From positions 2,681 to 66,680 of the forward strand of contig JACOTW010000004.1 in the NCBI GenBank assembly GCA_016178135.1: a stretch of DNA of 64,000 bases, in the 5' to 3' direction. Numbering within the stretch: the first letter of the stretch is position 1; every line of letters begins with the position of its first letter. The translations under genes were made by a program, and so were the position numbers. The DNA is from Candidatus Saccharimonadota bacterium. Its GTDB lineage: Bacteria; Patescibacteriota; Saccharimonadia; Saccharimonadales; JACOTW01. Positions 1 through 9,134 of the stretch are shown here, piece by piece. The notes under the pieces are model-generated. The model was given only the letters and a program-made list of their open reading frames with translations. It was not told the DNA's origin and did no database searches.

Positions 1-89
1 GTACGCCTCGGCCCGTAAAGTAGCAATATCTTGCCAGCAATGAGTTTATCCTCAAGATTAATATATCTAGCTATTTCCATGATTCCCAT
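1..89 (-). CDS. N-terminal fragment of an ORF running off the window start; possible P-loop/AAA-type ATPase
   Basis: Own translation of the minus strand from the ATG at 89 gives MGIMEIARYINLEDKLIAGKILLLYGPRR..., open to position 1. It is too short for the ORF track. The function guess rests only on the LLLYGPRR lead-in. Confidence 0.3.
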   Translation of the reverse strand, partial: MGIMEIARYINLEDKLIAGKILLLYGPRR

Positions 90-195
90 TATACAGATTG
101 TAGCCCATATGTCAATATTTAGGTTACCCACACTGACTTAAATATGTCTATTTGAGTCATAATAGTTTTTGTAGTTGAACATGTACTAGATCAGA

Positions 196-362
196 TATAG
201 CCCCCGCAAAACAAATTCGTGGGTTTTTGAAGCAATGATCTTTGAGTCAAAAACTGACTTTTCCGAGAGAGACATATCCTTAGATACGTTGAACGAAGAA
301 AGGCGGTTTTGGGCCAAAGAGGGTGATTCGAAAAGTCGGGAATTTGTTTTGCGGGGGCTATA
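196..362 (+). mobile_element. Family A palindromic TIR element (MITE-like), copy A1, subfamily 1, 167 bp
   Basis: It is bounded by TATAGCCCCCGCAAAACAAATTC and GAATTTGTTTTGCGGGGGCTATA, a perfect 23-bp inverted repeat. Seven other copies lie in the window. There is no transposase ORF. Confidence 0.85.
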
Positions 363-387
363 CATACGCGAATCAGGCGGAATGGTT

Positions 388-569
388 TATACTGGACTTA
401 CGCAAAATCCCTCGTTCCCAGGGCGAATCAGCTCGAGCGAAAACAGTTTTATCCGAAGGAGAGGTACCAGGGAGGTACATCGAGAGAGGAAAAGCTGTTT
501 GCAGCCGAGATTAGTCGGTCTGGGGATGAGGGAGCTTTGCGTAAGACCTCATATATTAAGTCCAGTATA
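388..569 (+). mobile_element. Family B palindromic TIR element, copy B1 (variant core; 13-bp insertion in the right TIR)
   Basis: The ends are TATACTGGACTTACGCAAA and TTTGCGTAAG[ACCTCATATATTA]AGTCCAGTATA. It lies 25 bp from A1. Confidence 0.75.
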
Positions 570-596
570 CCAATAATTTTAACCATACATTCATTC

Positions 597-615
597 TACT
601 GGACCCATAGCAAAA
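597..615 (+). repeat. Solo family B TIR fragment
   Basis: TACTGGACCCATAGCAAAA matches the CTGGACCTGTCGCAAA / CTGGACCTATCGCAAA TIR variant of copies B3 and B5. Confidence 0.45.
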
Positions 616-681
616 TATGTGAAAAACAAGCCAATTCCAACATTCCAGGGGCACCCCCTGGAATCATAGGTTAATCATTTA

Positions 682-1434
682 TTATATTTTGTATTTACCA
701 TTCGCTCTACGCCAAAATATATACAAAAGTTCAGAAAGTGAAACAAACGCGCTTTTAATTGGGTTATCGACAAAAGTCCCGCCAGCCACCGATTTCCAAT
801 CATTAATCCTAAATGTTGCCATTTTAAATTTGTTGACCCTTGCTATAGTTAAAACCTCCATATCAAACCCCCAGCCCTGGATGGTCATCTTAGAAAAACA
901 AACTTTTTGAGCTTTTTTTGAGAATAATTTAAAGCCACACTGCGAGTCTTCTATCCAGACTCCACAAAGTATTCTAAATAATAAATTACCAAAGTTAGAG
1001 AGCATTCTTCTTAAAATTCCAGGATGATGTCTACGCAAATTTCTAGTTGCAGCCACCACATCTGTTCCCTCTAGATATGTCTTATAAAATTTTGGAATAT
1101 ATTTTAGCGGAGTTGCCAGATCAGCATCCATAAAAAGTACGGCCTGACCTTTGGCCCTAAGCATTCCTGCCCGAACATCACGACCTTTTCCAACTTTTGC
1201 CCCAGATTTTACGAACACGAAATTACTAAAAAGCTTCGCTTTCTGCTGGACTATTTCATGTGTTTTATCTGGCGAATCAGCAGAAACAACCATAACTTCA
1301 ACGTTTATATGACTCAAAATCTTGTCTTTTTGAATGAATAAAGAAAGCTCGTCCAAAGTTTTACCTATCCTCTTTTCTTCACGATAAGCAGGTATGAGTA
1401 TGGTCAGGTCAGGTTGTTTCGGGGTCTTCTTCAT
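682..1434 (-). CDS. GT2 glycosyltransferase, polyprenyl/dolichyl-phosphate beta-glycosyltransferase-like
   Basis: 250-aa ORF with LTILIPAYREEKRIGKTLDEL and a DAD motif (FMDADLATP), typical of GT-A family 2. It overlaps the downstream GtrA-like gene. Confidence 0.8.
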   Translation of the reverse strand: MKKTPKQPDLTILIPAYREEKRIGKTLDELSLFIQKDKILSHINVEVMVVSADSPDKTHEIVQQKAKLFSNFVFVKSGAKVGKGRDVRAGMLRAKGQAVLFMDADLATPLKYIPKFYKTYLEGTDVVAATRNLRRHHPGILRRMLSNFGNLLFRILCGVWIEDSQCGFKLFSKKAQKVCFSKMTIQGWGFDMEVLTIARVNKFKMATFRINDWKSVAGGTFVDNPIKSAFVSLSELLYIFWRRANGKYKI

Positions 1435-1909
1435 AAAGTTTTTTATCCTTAAAAACCAACAACCTGTATCCGTTATAGTTCCATACCATAGCCAAAATCG
1501 CCCCTATAACCGTACTAACATTTATATCCACAAAATCACGAGATAAGCTAATTCCTGCCACGGCCTTTATGAGATCGATCAAGCCTTGTTCGTGGTTGTC
1601 TATAGCCGAAAGTGTTAAAGCATAGGCGACGTTATGAATTAGGAGCATGCCGGTCAGCGTAACGACTACAAAAAGAGCAATCTGTCTGACAGCCCGAGTG
1701 CTTTTATCGGCAAAAACAAAGTTGCGATTCAGTACAAAACTAAATGCAACCGCACACACCGTAGCAATAATACTAGACATTAGTTTACTTTGATTAAGCA
1801 CGTAAAAAGATGCGTTCAGGATGCTAAAATGTAGCGTTGCGTTAGCAACACCGACAACTATAAATCTCGCTACACGGTGATGTCTTATCTGTTTTAGGAG
1901 TCGCATCAT
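1409..1909 (-). CDS. GtrA-family membrane protein
   Basis: 166 aa with four predicted TM segments and an RFIVVGVANATLHF N-terminus typical of GtrA-like proteins. It is paired with the GT2. Confidence 0.7.
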   Translation of the reverse strand: MMRLLKQIRHHRVARFIVVGVANATLHFSILNASFYVLNQSKLMSSIIATVCAVAFSFVLNRNFVFADKSTRAVRQIALFVVVTLTGMLLIHNVAYALTLSAIDNHEQGLIDLIKAVAGISLSRDFVDINVSTVIGAILAMVWNYNGYRLLVFKDKKLYEEDPETT

Positions 1910-2643
1910 TTTTCTTTACGCAATACCGCAACTACTGAAGTTCCGGCCGGAAATGATATATTTTTATGAGCCCTAGCCTCCACGTAAAGAAGGTTGGTAA
2001 AAAATTGATTAATCCAATTTGGTACGTTAACGTATGAAGTTTCTGAATCAGCCTTGCGTCCTAACAACTTATTTATAAACCGAAAACTAACCACCAACGG
2101 CAGAGAAAAAACTATTGCATAGGACTTTTTCTCTGGCTTAAGACCAGCCTCTTTGGCCACCTGCTTTAAACGACGAGTCGTATAGCGTCGTTTATGATGC
2201 AGGGACACATCATGCTCACTCCACAACCATTGATAAGCAGGAACTGTAATAATAATAGCGCCTGTATCTTTTAGCACTCGCCTCCACTCCTTTAATGCCC
2301 CTACTTGATCTTCAATATGTTCAAGAACATCAAAAGCCCCAACCATATCATAGGTCTTATCTTGGTATGGTAATTTTATATCCTTAACTTTAGTAATGCG
2401 TTTGTAACCACTTTTTTTCATGAAATCTATAGCATCTTGTGAAATATCAACATTATCTACTATGCCCAAACCTTCAAGCATGTCTATGGTACCGCCAGTG
2501 CCGCAGCCAACATTAAGAATCTTTGATTTTTTGCCATGGCCCAGTGCTTTCTGGGCGTATGTCTGAATAATACGCAAACGCCCTAAATGCCACCAATAAG
2601 TTTTTTCACGCTCCGCCATACGAGCATATTCAGTCTTTTTCAT
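1906..2643 (-). CDS. Class I SAM-dependent methyltransferase
   Basis: 245 aa with motif I ILNVGCGTGG and an acidic loop (VDNVDIS). Confidence 0.75.
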   Translation of the reverse strand: MKKTEYARMAEREKTYWWHLGRLRIIQTYAQKALGHGKKSKILNVGCGTGGTIDMLEGLGIVDNVDISQDAIDFMKKSGYKRITKVKDIKLPYQDKTYDMVGAFDVLEHIEDQVGALKEWRRVLKDTGAIIITVPAYQWLWSEHDVSLHHKRRYTTRRLKQVAKEAGLKPEKKSYAIVFSLPLVVSFRFINKLLGRKADSETSYVNVPNWINQFFTNLLYVEARAHKNISFPAGTSVVAVLRKEK

Positions 2644-2757
2644 AATTTATAATTCCCTTGTAATACTAAACACTATTGTACCAACATTTTAAGAAGTTTG
2701 GGAGTAAGTACATAAGTATTTACAAAATAACGATTTTTTGCTATCCTAAAAGAGGTT

Positions 2758-3288
2758 ATGGTAAAAACAAAAAAATCATTTTTAAACAAAGTTATTCTAG
2801 CAGTTGTCGTAGGATTACTTGTAGTTGTCGGGGTTTACGCATACAAAAACCGCTACAAGGAAAAACCTCAAACTGGTAGTCAATACGGACCCACCATGGA
2901 ACAGCAGAAACAAGAAGCCGATATCAATGCCCAGGCCAAAAAACAAGCTATTGAGAACGGTAACGGTTCATCCCAAGGAACAGAAATACCAGCTACTCCA
3001 AATTCTTCAGCTAACATAACTCTGTCAGCCCAAAAAGAATCCAACAACACCGTAACAATATTTACCAAGCTTGCAAAAATCAGTAACGGAACGTGCGAAC
3101 TTGCGGTTACTAACGGTACTAAACAAACCTCACAAACTGCTGAAGTTATTTACCAATCAGAATATTCCAGTTGCGCGGGATTTAGTGTTCCGATTGAAAG
3201 TGTTGGTTTGGGCATTTGGACTATCAAGCTGACCGTTACCTATGGCGGACAGTCAATATCAAACAGTATTACCTATGAGGTAAAATGA
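2758..3288 (+). CDS. Hypothetical membrane-anchored or secreted protein
   Basis: 176 aa with an N-terminal TM segment (VILAVVVGLLVVVGVYAY). Its stop overlaps the next start (ATGA). I recognised no motif. Confidence 0.5.
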   Translation: MVKTKKSFLNKVILAVVVGLLVVVGVYAYKNRYKEKPQTGSQYGPTMEQQKQEADINAQAKKQAIENGNGSSQGTEIPATPNSSANITLSAQKESNNTVTIFTKLAKISNGTCELAVTNGTKQTSQTAEVIYQSEYSSCAGFSVPIESVGLGIWTIKLTVTYGGQSISNSITYEVK

Positions 3289-5369
3289 TGTTGAAAAGAC
3301 TTTGCCTTTTTGCTGTACTAACTATAGTGGTCTCGGCCAGTTCTATTGTCGTTTTGGGGTCAAAAGCTGGTGCCGTCACTGCTACTGGCTGGAAAGCAGG
3401 CAGAATTATTGACGATATGGTCTTCACCAATAAAAATGCCATGAGCCTTAATGAAGTCCAGGATTTCTTGAATCAAAAAGTCGGCACCAACAGGGGCAAT
3501 TCATATTCAGTTCCAGGTGTATGCGATACAAATGGTACAAAAACCTCCGAGCTCGGTGGTGGGATAAGAGCACAATACGGAGCCTCTCGTGGTAATCCTG
3601 CGCCTTTCACCTGTCTCAAAGATTACTGGGAAGTACCCAAAACCGACCCAGCACCGGGCGTACCGGCCAGTAACTATGGTGGTGTGGCGATACCGACTGG
3701 AGCTAAAAGTGCTGCTCAACTTATATGGGAAGCTGGACAGCGCTATAACATCAGCCCTAAAGTCCTTTTGATAATGATCCAGAAAGAATCGGCTGGACCA
3801 CTTATTACGGATGATTGGCCATTTAGATCACAATACACCTATGCTATGGGGGCTCACTGTCCAGATAGTGGCCCAGGTGGCTCTGCTAATTGTGACCAAA
3901 ACTATGCTGGTTTTTCTATGCAAATTAACGAAAGTGCCCGTTTACTCCGCTACTATTTAGACAATATGAGTCAACCTTGGTGGAGCTATAAAAAACCTGG
4001 TATAAATAATATTTTATGGAATGTAGAGCCAACTGGTTGTGGCGGTGCAAACGTTAATATCGAAAACAAATCTACGGCAGCACTTTATACATACACCCCT
4101 TATCAGCCAAACCAAGCAGCTCTAAATAACATGTATGGCACTGGTGATGGTTGTAGTGCCTACGGTAATAGAAACTTCTGGCGAATGTATAACGATTGGT
4201 TCGGTCCTACCTTAGGTAGCCCACCAAATATCAATTGGAATTTTGAAACTCTTGATGGAACCGCTCAAAGTATAAGTACGGTTATAGGCTCAACAGGAAA
4301 CTACCCTTACACATTAACAGTAGGTGGCTGGTTGCATGTGTTTTATTATGATGTAGCTGGCGGTAATTTACGCCACGCTTGGATCGATCCAGCTGGTTGG
4401 CATTTTGAAACCATAGATGGTGCTGGTGGAGCTAATGGGCAAATTGATGCTGATGTTGGCGGAATGTCTAAAGCTATTGTATACAACAATCAGCTATATG
4501 TTATGTATCATGACTTCCAAAACAATAGTTTAAGAATCGCTTCATTAAGCGGAGGCATCTGGACGGCACAAACCCTAGATGGTACAGGTGGTACTAATGG
4601 ACGACTATCCGGCAATATGGGCTTAGATATTACAGCTATAACCAATGGAGATAGTCTACATCTATTTTATTCTGACGCTACCCAAGGCAATTTACGACAT
4701 GCATGGCACGATGGTTCGATATGGCGTTTTGAGAATCTTGATGGTACCCCAGCATCTATTGCTAGTAAAGACGGCAACATAGGTCAAGGCATTAAAGCCG
4801 AATTTATAGGCAATTCTATCCATGCTTTTTATTACGACGGTACTGCTGGTAATCTTAGGCATGCTTGGACTGACGCAAATGGTTGGCACTTTGAAGATTT
4901 AGATGGAAGCGGTAGCTCTGTTTCACGATATAACAGTACCCTAGGCTCCTCCCCTGAATTCGCTATATGGCAAGGCAGTTTGCATGTTTACTACCATGAT
5001 ATAGCCTACGGCACACTTAGGCATGCTTGGACTGACGCAAATGGTTGGCACTTTGAAGATTTAGATGGAAGCGGTAGCTCTGTTTCACGATACATCTCTA
5101 ACGTTGGGCTTCGTAGTAGTATAGTGATTGCTGGTAGCACTATGAATATTTTTTATGATGACGCTCCCACCAGATCCATAAGGCAGGCTTGGTTCGATGC
5201 TTATGGGTGGCATTTTATAAATATTGATGGTGAGTCAAATGCGGTATCTGGTACGGCCGGTCAATTTGGAGAATATTTATCTGCGACGTTGTTCATGCAA
5301 GATGTACAAGTATTTTACTTTAATGCTAGCGATTCCTCACTAAAGCATGCTTGGGGACCCCTGCGTTAA
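3285..5369 (+). CDS. Secreted protein: lysozyme/SLT-like N-terminal region plus about seven beta-propeller-like repeats
   Basis: 694 aa with a signal peptide. The IMIQKESAGP segment resembles the catalytic Glu-Ser region of lytic transglycosylases. The C-terminal half has a ~54-aa repeat, LH.FYYD...GNLRHAW.D..GWHFE.LDG, present about seven times. Confidence 0.6.
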   Translation: MMLKRLCLFAVLTIVVSASSIVVLGSKAGAVTATGWKAGRIIDDMVFTNKNAMSLNEVQDFLNQKVGTNRGNSYSVPGVCDTNGTKTSELGGGIRAQYGASRGNPAPFTCLKDYWEVPKTDPAPGVPASNYGGVAIPTGAKSAAQLIWEAGQRYNISPKVLLIMIQKESAGPLITDDWPFRSQYTYAMGAHCPDSGPGGSANCDQNYAGFSMQINESARLLRYYLDNMSQPWWSYKKPGINNILWNVEPTGCGGANVNIENKSTAALYTYTPYQPNQAALNNMYGTGDGCSAYGNRNFWRMYNDWFGPTLGSPPNINWNFETLDGTAQSISTVIGSTGNYPYTLTVGGWLHVFYYDVAGGNLRHAWIDPAGWHFETIDGAGGANGQIDADVGGMSKAIVYNNQLYVMYHDFQNNSLRIASLSGGIWTAQTLDGTGGTNGRLSGNMGLDITAITNGDSLHLFYSDATQGNLRHAWHDGSIWRFENLDGTPASIASKDGNIGQGIKAEFIGNSIHAFYYDGTAGNLRHAWTDANGWHFEDLDGSGSSVSRYNSTLGSSPEFAIWQGSLHVYYHDIAYGTLRHAWTDANGWHFEDLDGSGSSVSRYISNVGLRSSIVIAGSTMNIFYDDAPTRSIRQAWFDAYGWHFINIDGESNAVSGTAGQFGEYLSATLFMQDVQVFYFNASDSSLKHAWGPLR
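4854..5092 (+). repeat. Exact 77-bp direct repeat pair (4854-4930 and 5016-5092) inside the propeller-repeat CDS
   Basis: CTTAGGCATGCTTGGACTGACGCAAATGGTTGGCACTTTGAAGATTTAGATGGAAGCGGTAGCTCTGTTTCACGATA occurs twice. The offset is 162 bp, one repeat unit. Confidence 0.9.
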
Positions 5370-5383
5370 TCTAGGATACCTAA

Positions 5384-7126
5384 CTAAAATAATCTTTTCA
5401 CGATATGGCTGATTGTAGGGAGTTCTACGACGATAACTTGTTTATTTACCGCGCCTGGTATATTAATAAGCAAACGCGGATCGTCCTCTCTTCTAAAGCT
5501 GGGTATTTCTTTACTGCTCTCTAGGTCAATAATTTTAGATAGTCTGTTATAGCTGACTGGCAAGGCAACAGTAGCCAGACCAGCGCATGTAACGGAAAAC
5601 TTTATGGTCTTTTGTTCAAACTCTTTGCGTGGGAGACTATATATTTGACATGAACCATTAATCACGCTTGTTTGCTTGCCACTAGAATAGTATGAGGTAT
5701 ATAGCTCGAGGGTCTCTTTAGACGTAAAAATATGGCCGTCTTGGTGCACATTAGGTAAATACTCGCCTATTCCTAACAAATCGCCTTCCAGCCCACTGCT
5801 TCTAATAGAATGACGACCGGTAATGAAACTACTACTAAAAAAATCGTACTTAAAGTGATTGGATATCGGTGAAAATACTAAAAAACTACCAAGCCATATA
5901 ATAACAAATATTCTTAAATAAAGTCCTCCCTTGAACTTTGATAATGCCAGTGCTATGAGAAGTATACTAAGTGGTGCAATATAAGATAATAACCTCCACG
6001 GAAACTGTAAAAACTCAAGTGGTGGTAATGCTTGATACACTGGCTTGGCTATTTTGAGTTGAAGCACTATAAGAACTAATAGTGAACCTATAAAAAACAA
6101 TGAACTAGGGTCCAAAAACCTTTTTACAGATACTATACCTTTACGAACCCTAAATATAATAAACGTAAAAATTGCCAGCATGGCTATAGCAACCAATACC
6201 GATATACTCAAATCAATTTGCGTATTTAGTTGTTGCCAATTATTCAACCAAACATATTTACTATCATAAAAATATAATTTAGGGTCCCTGAAGTTCTCGC
6301 TAGCCAAATATCCCGATTGTGTTATTTTGCCCGGATTATAGTCTTTCAAAAAGACTGCTTGCAAAGCAAATTGCGGTACCAATAACAAAATTAACATCCC
6401 CCCTGCGATCACGGCACGTTTCCAGACTAAATTTACTCCTCCTTTTGTAGAAATAAGGAATATACACAGAGCTAAAAATAAAAGAACGGTTCCGAATAAG
6501 GCCGTAACATTATGTGCCTCTACCAACAAAAACATCACCGGAACAATCCAAAGGGTAAATTTTTTGTCCTTAACCAAAATCAAACACCACAACAGTAACC
6601 ATGGTATAAGCATCATTGCCGAAAATTCAGCCATGGCACCCCTAACAAGCCAATTACTAAATGTGTAGTTAGAAAATAATAGTAGTTGCGGTACTATTAG
6701 CAGAACCAGCTTATCGCGGTTACCAAGTTTTCTTACACAAAAACGCATACCATATACACCGACAAGCATGAATAGTGCCATAGAAGATACGATAGCTAAT
6801 TTTATTGATTGTAGAATTATAAAAAGTAGACCAGAAACGTAATAGAACGTCTTATGATAAAAAAGCGGTAGGGGCGTCCCCATGCCATAAGCGTCCGATG
6901 ATGACCAAATAGGCACAAAATCTCCTTGGCGAAAATGATCGGCATAAATATATGTGCGCTCCACAAAAGCTAGCCCCTCATGATTTTGAGGTAAACCAGA
7001 ATGCCGTAAAATGGGTGATAAACACGCAATAATAGCAATAATCGTAACCATAAAAAATACGGCCTCAAAAAGCTTCTGATTTTTATTAAAACGTTTTATT
7101 TTAAATAATTGCTTTATTTGTCCCAT
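5384..7126 (-). CDS. Polytopic integral membrane protein, possible GT-C-type glycosyltransferase or polymerase
   Basis: 580 aa with more than 10 hydrophobic segments followed by a soluble C-terminal domain. It lies in the polysaccharide locus. The function is inferred from topology and context only. Confidence 0.55.
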   Translation of the reverse strand: MGQIKQLFKIKRFNKNQKLFEAVFFMVTIIAIIACLSPILRHSGLPQNHEGLAFVERTYIYADHFRQGDFVPIWSSSDAYGMGTPLPLFYHKTFYYVSGLLFIILQSIKLAIVSSMALFMLVGVYGMRFCVRKLGNRDKLVLLIVPQLLLFSNYTFSNWLVRGAMAEFSAMMLIPWLLLWCLILVKDKKFTLWIVPVMFLLVEAHNVTALFGTVLLFLALCIFLISTKGGVNLVWKRAVIAGGMLILLLVPQFALQAVFLKDYNPGKITQSGYLASENFRDPKLYFYDSKYVWLNNWQQLNTQIDLSISVLVAIAMLAIFTFIIFRVRKGIVSVKRFLDPSSLFFIGSLLVLIVLQLKIAKPVYQALPPLEFLQFPWRLLSYIAPLSILLIALALSKFKGGLYLRIFVIIWLGSFLVFSPISNHFKYDFFSSSFITGRHSIRSSGLEGDLLGIGEYLPNVHQDGHIFTSKETLELYTSYYSSGKQTSVINGSCQIYSLPRKEFEQKTIKFSVTCAGLATVALPVSYNRLSKIIDLESSKEIPSFRREDDPRLLINIPGAVNKQVIVVELPTISHIVKRLF

Positions 7127-7243
7127 ATTGCCCTAATTCATTACAAAGTATACAAGATACTAACACACTGTCAGCAAATTTCTTATGTTAATAATTATAA
7201 CCTCTTGTTTAGTTAATACTTATTACTCTATACTTTTTGTTTA

Positions 7244-9079
7244 GTGACTTTGAATTTTATAACTAAATTATTACAAGAAGGCGAACAAGCGCTAATTAGC
7301 TTATACAAAAAACATAAGTTAGTTTTTATTATCTTATTTTCTTCTGTTGCGGTCGCCTCGCAATGGCAACTTCTTGCTAATTTTGGACGTACTACTACAG
7401 GAGATTTCGATTATTTCGCACAAGCTTATGAAGCTATAAGACAAACAATTGTTAATTATCATCAGTTTCCCTGGATGAATGCTTGGGTAGGTGGTGGAGT
7501 GCCTTTGTATGCTAATCCACAAATTGGTGTTTTTTCTATACAAACAATATTGGTTGTACTATTTGGGACTCTAGCGGGACTAAAACTAAGCCTACTTTTT
7601 TACAGTTTAGCTGGTTTTTGGGCAATGTTTTATCTTTTAAAGATAGTATTCAAAACAAACCTATTGATATGTTTAGCATTATCAACGATATGGATTACGA
7701 ATGGATTTTTCACTGCGCACGCAATTGGCCACTACACCTTTGCCTTGTTTCAATTGTTCCCCCTTCTATTGCTACTAATGGTCAAAATAAAACAAAGACG
7801 TTATTGGCTTTACTTTGGCCTAGTACTTTCTGTGATAGCCCTATCGTCTTTCCATTACGCAGCCATACAATCAATGTTTATATTGGGGTTTGTTGCCTTT
7901 TATCAAATAGTCAGCAATAGTCAGCAATCTAAGGCTTATATGTGGCTCTACCTAAAAGCAGGGGCAGTCTTTTTTGTATTATCTATTCATAGGATTTACT
8001 ACACCTTTGATTACGCTATGGATTTTCCACGAACTTTTAAGGATCCGGTCAATAGATTGGGTGTCATATTAAAAACTTTTGTGATTCCTACAGATCAAAA
8101 TAAATGGTTTTATGACGTATTCCAAAATCCCGTCAAGCCAAACGAAGTCGCCCCTTACTCTTGGGGAGAATATAACGCTTTTGTTGGATATTTTTTCGTC
8201 ATAACTTTTATTGCCAGTATGATAGCGTTGTTATATCTTATTAAAAAAGCTAAGCTCAATACTAAACAAAAAACAACATTGGTACTTCTTGGCTTAGTGC
8301 CAATTACCGTAATATTAGTTGCTTTGGGTGATTTTTTTCCTTTAAGTCCGTATTCTATAATTCACATTCTTCCTGGTATATCAGGAATGCGAATACCTAG
8401 TAGGTGGCTAATTTGGGCAATATTTTCTGCTATCGTGTTTGTAGGTGCAATACATAAATACCTACCAAAACCTTCGTTTCAACCAATCATAGTCATATTA
8501 ATAGTTCTGGGGGGAATTGAAACATTTGCCGTTAGTTTTTCACCACTTAATAGATTCACTATAGGAGTTAATGATTTTAGAAATTCAACTAGCACCTTCC
8601 AGCAGTTTGAAAATTACGACCATTTTAACCCACCAAAAAACCCTGCGCATTATAACCCAAGACTTTCATTGGATAGAAAATACGAGTCCTACGATTACGA
8701 GGCAACCCTGAATAACTACGGAGAGGCGAAAGGCTACGAACCATTGGCCGATACTCGTTTTGAGCCCACATTGCGTTGTGGTATATTGCAGGGCTGTGAA
8801 TTAATAAAAAGTAGAAATGCTAAAATCTTGAAATGGTCTCCAAATGAAATAGTGCTTAAACGTAGTGATGATAAGCCCATAGAGCTCAATATGAATCTAT
8901 CAAATTACTGGACAATTAACGGTAATCGAGAATTTGCTTATCTAAAAACTGTGGATGTCCTGCATCCGTTTATCATTCAGAACAAGTCACAAATCATCAC
9001 GCTTAAAGCAAGACCCAGAACAATTATTGAAGTAGGTATTCGCTCGCTTAAAACCGTAAAGAATAAAGCAATGAATTAG
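7244..9079 (+). CDS. Polytopic integral membrane protein, possible GT-C-type glycosyltransferase
   Basis: 611 aa with a GTG start and many TM segments plus a C-terminal soluble domain. It is divergent from 5384-7126. Confidence 0.55.
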   Translation: MTLNFITKLLQEGEQALISLYKKHKLVFIILFSSVAVASQWQLLANFGRTTTGDFDYFAQAYEAIRQTIVNYHQFPWMNAWVGGGVPLYANPQIGVFSIQTILVVLFGTLAGLKLSLLFYSLAGFWAMFYLLKIVFKTNLLICLALSTIWITNGFFTAHAIGHYTFALFQLFPLLLLLMVKIKQRRYWLYFGLVLSVIALSSFHYAAIQSMFILGFVAFYQIVSNSQQSKAYMWLYLKAGAVFFVLSIHRIYYTFDYAMDFPRTFKDPVNRLGVILKTFVIPTDQNKWFYDVFQNPVKPNEVAPYSWGEYNAFVGYFFVITFIASMIALLYLIKKAKLNTKQKTTLVLLGLVPITVILVALGDFFPLSPYSIIHILPGISGMRIPSRWLIWAIFSAIVFVGAIHKYLPKPSFQPIIVILIVLGGIETFAVSFSPLNRFTIGVNDFRNSTSTFQQFENYDHFNPPKNPAHYNPRLSLDRKYESYDYEATLNNYGEAKGYEPLADTRFEPTLRCGILQGCELIKSRNAKILKWSPNEIVLKRSDDKPIELNMNLSNYWTINGNREFAYLKTVDVLHPFIIQNKSQIITLKARPRTIIEVGIRSLKTVKNKAMN

Positions 9080-9134
9080 CACTTTACTAGCGCATGTATT
9101 TGTTATAGATCTATATATTAGTTAGAATACATTT

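Noticed and set aside
235-576. Track ORFs with recurring peptides (…EFVLRGLY, IAPAKQI…, LRKIARSQGKSAR…). Examples are 235-576, 323-514, 11489-11755, 28390-28956, 31023-31205, 31661-31909, 48641-48850, 50624-50890, 51394-51759, 51626-51856 and 53309-53581. They could have been a repeated small-protein gene family.
   Set aside because: They are translations of the family A, B and C DNA repeats in intergenic positions. They occur in both orientations and lack consistent starts or ribosome-binding sites. I treat the repeat, not the ORF, as the feature.
643-664. A hairpin TTCCAGGGGCACCCCCTGGAA downstream of the GT2 gene, considered as a terminator.
   Set aside because: The stem is good, but there is no U-tract on the relevant (minus) strand. 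I left it unannotated.
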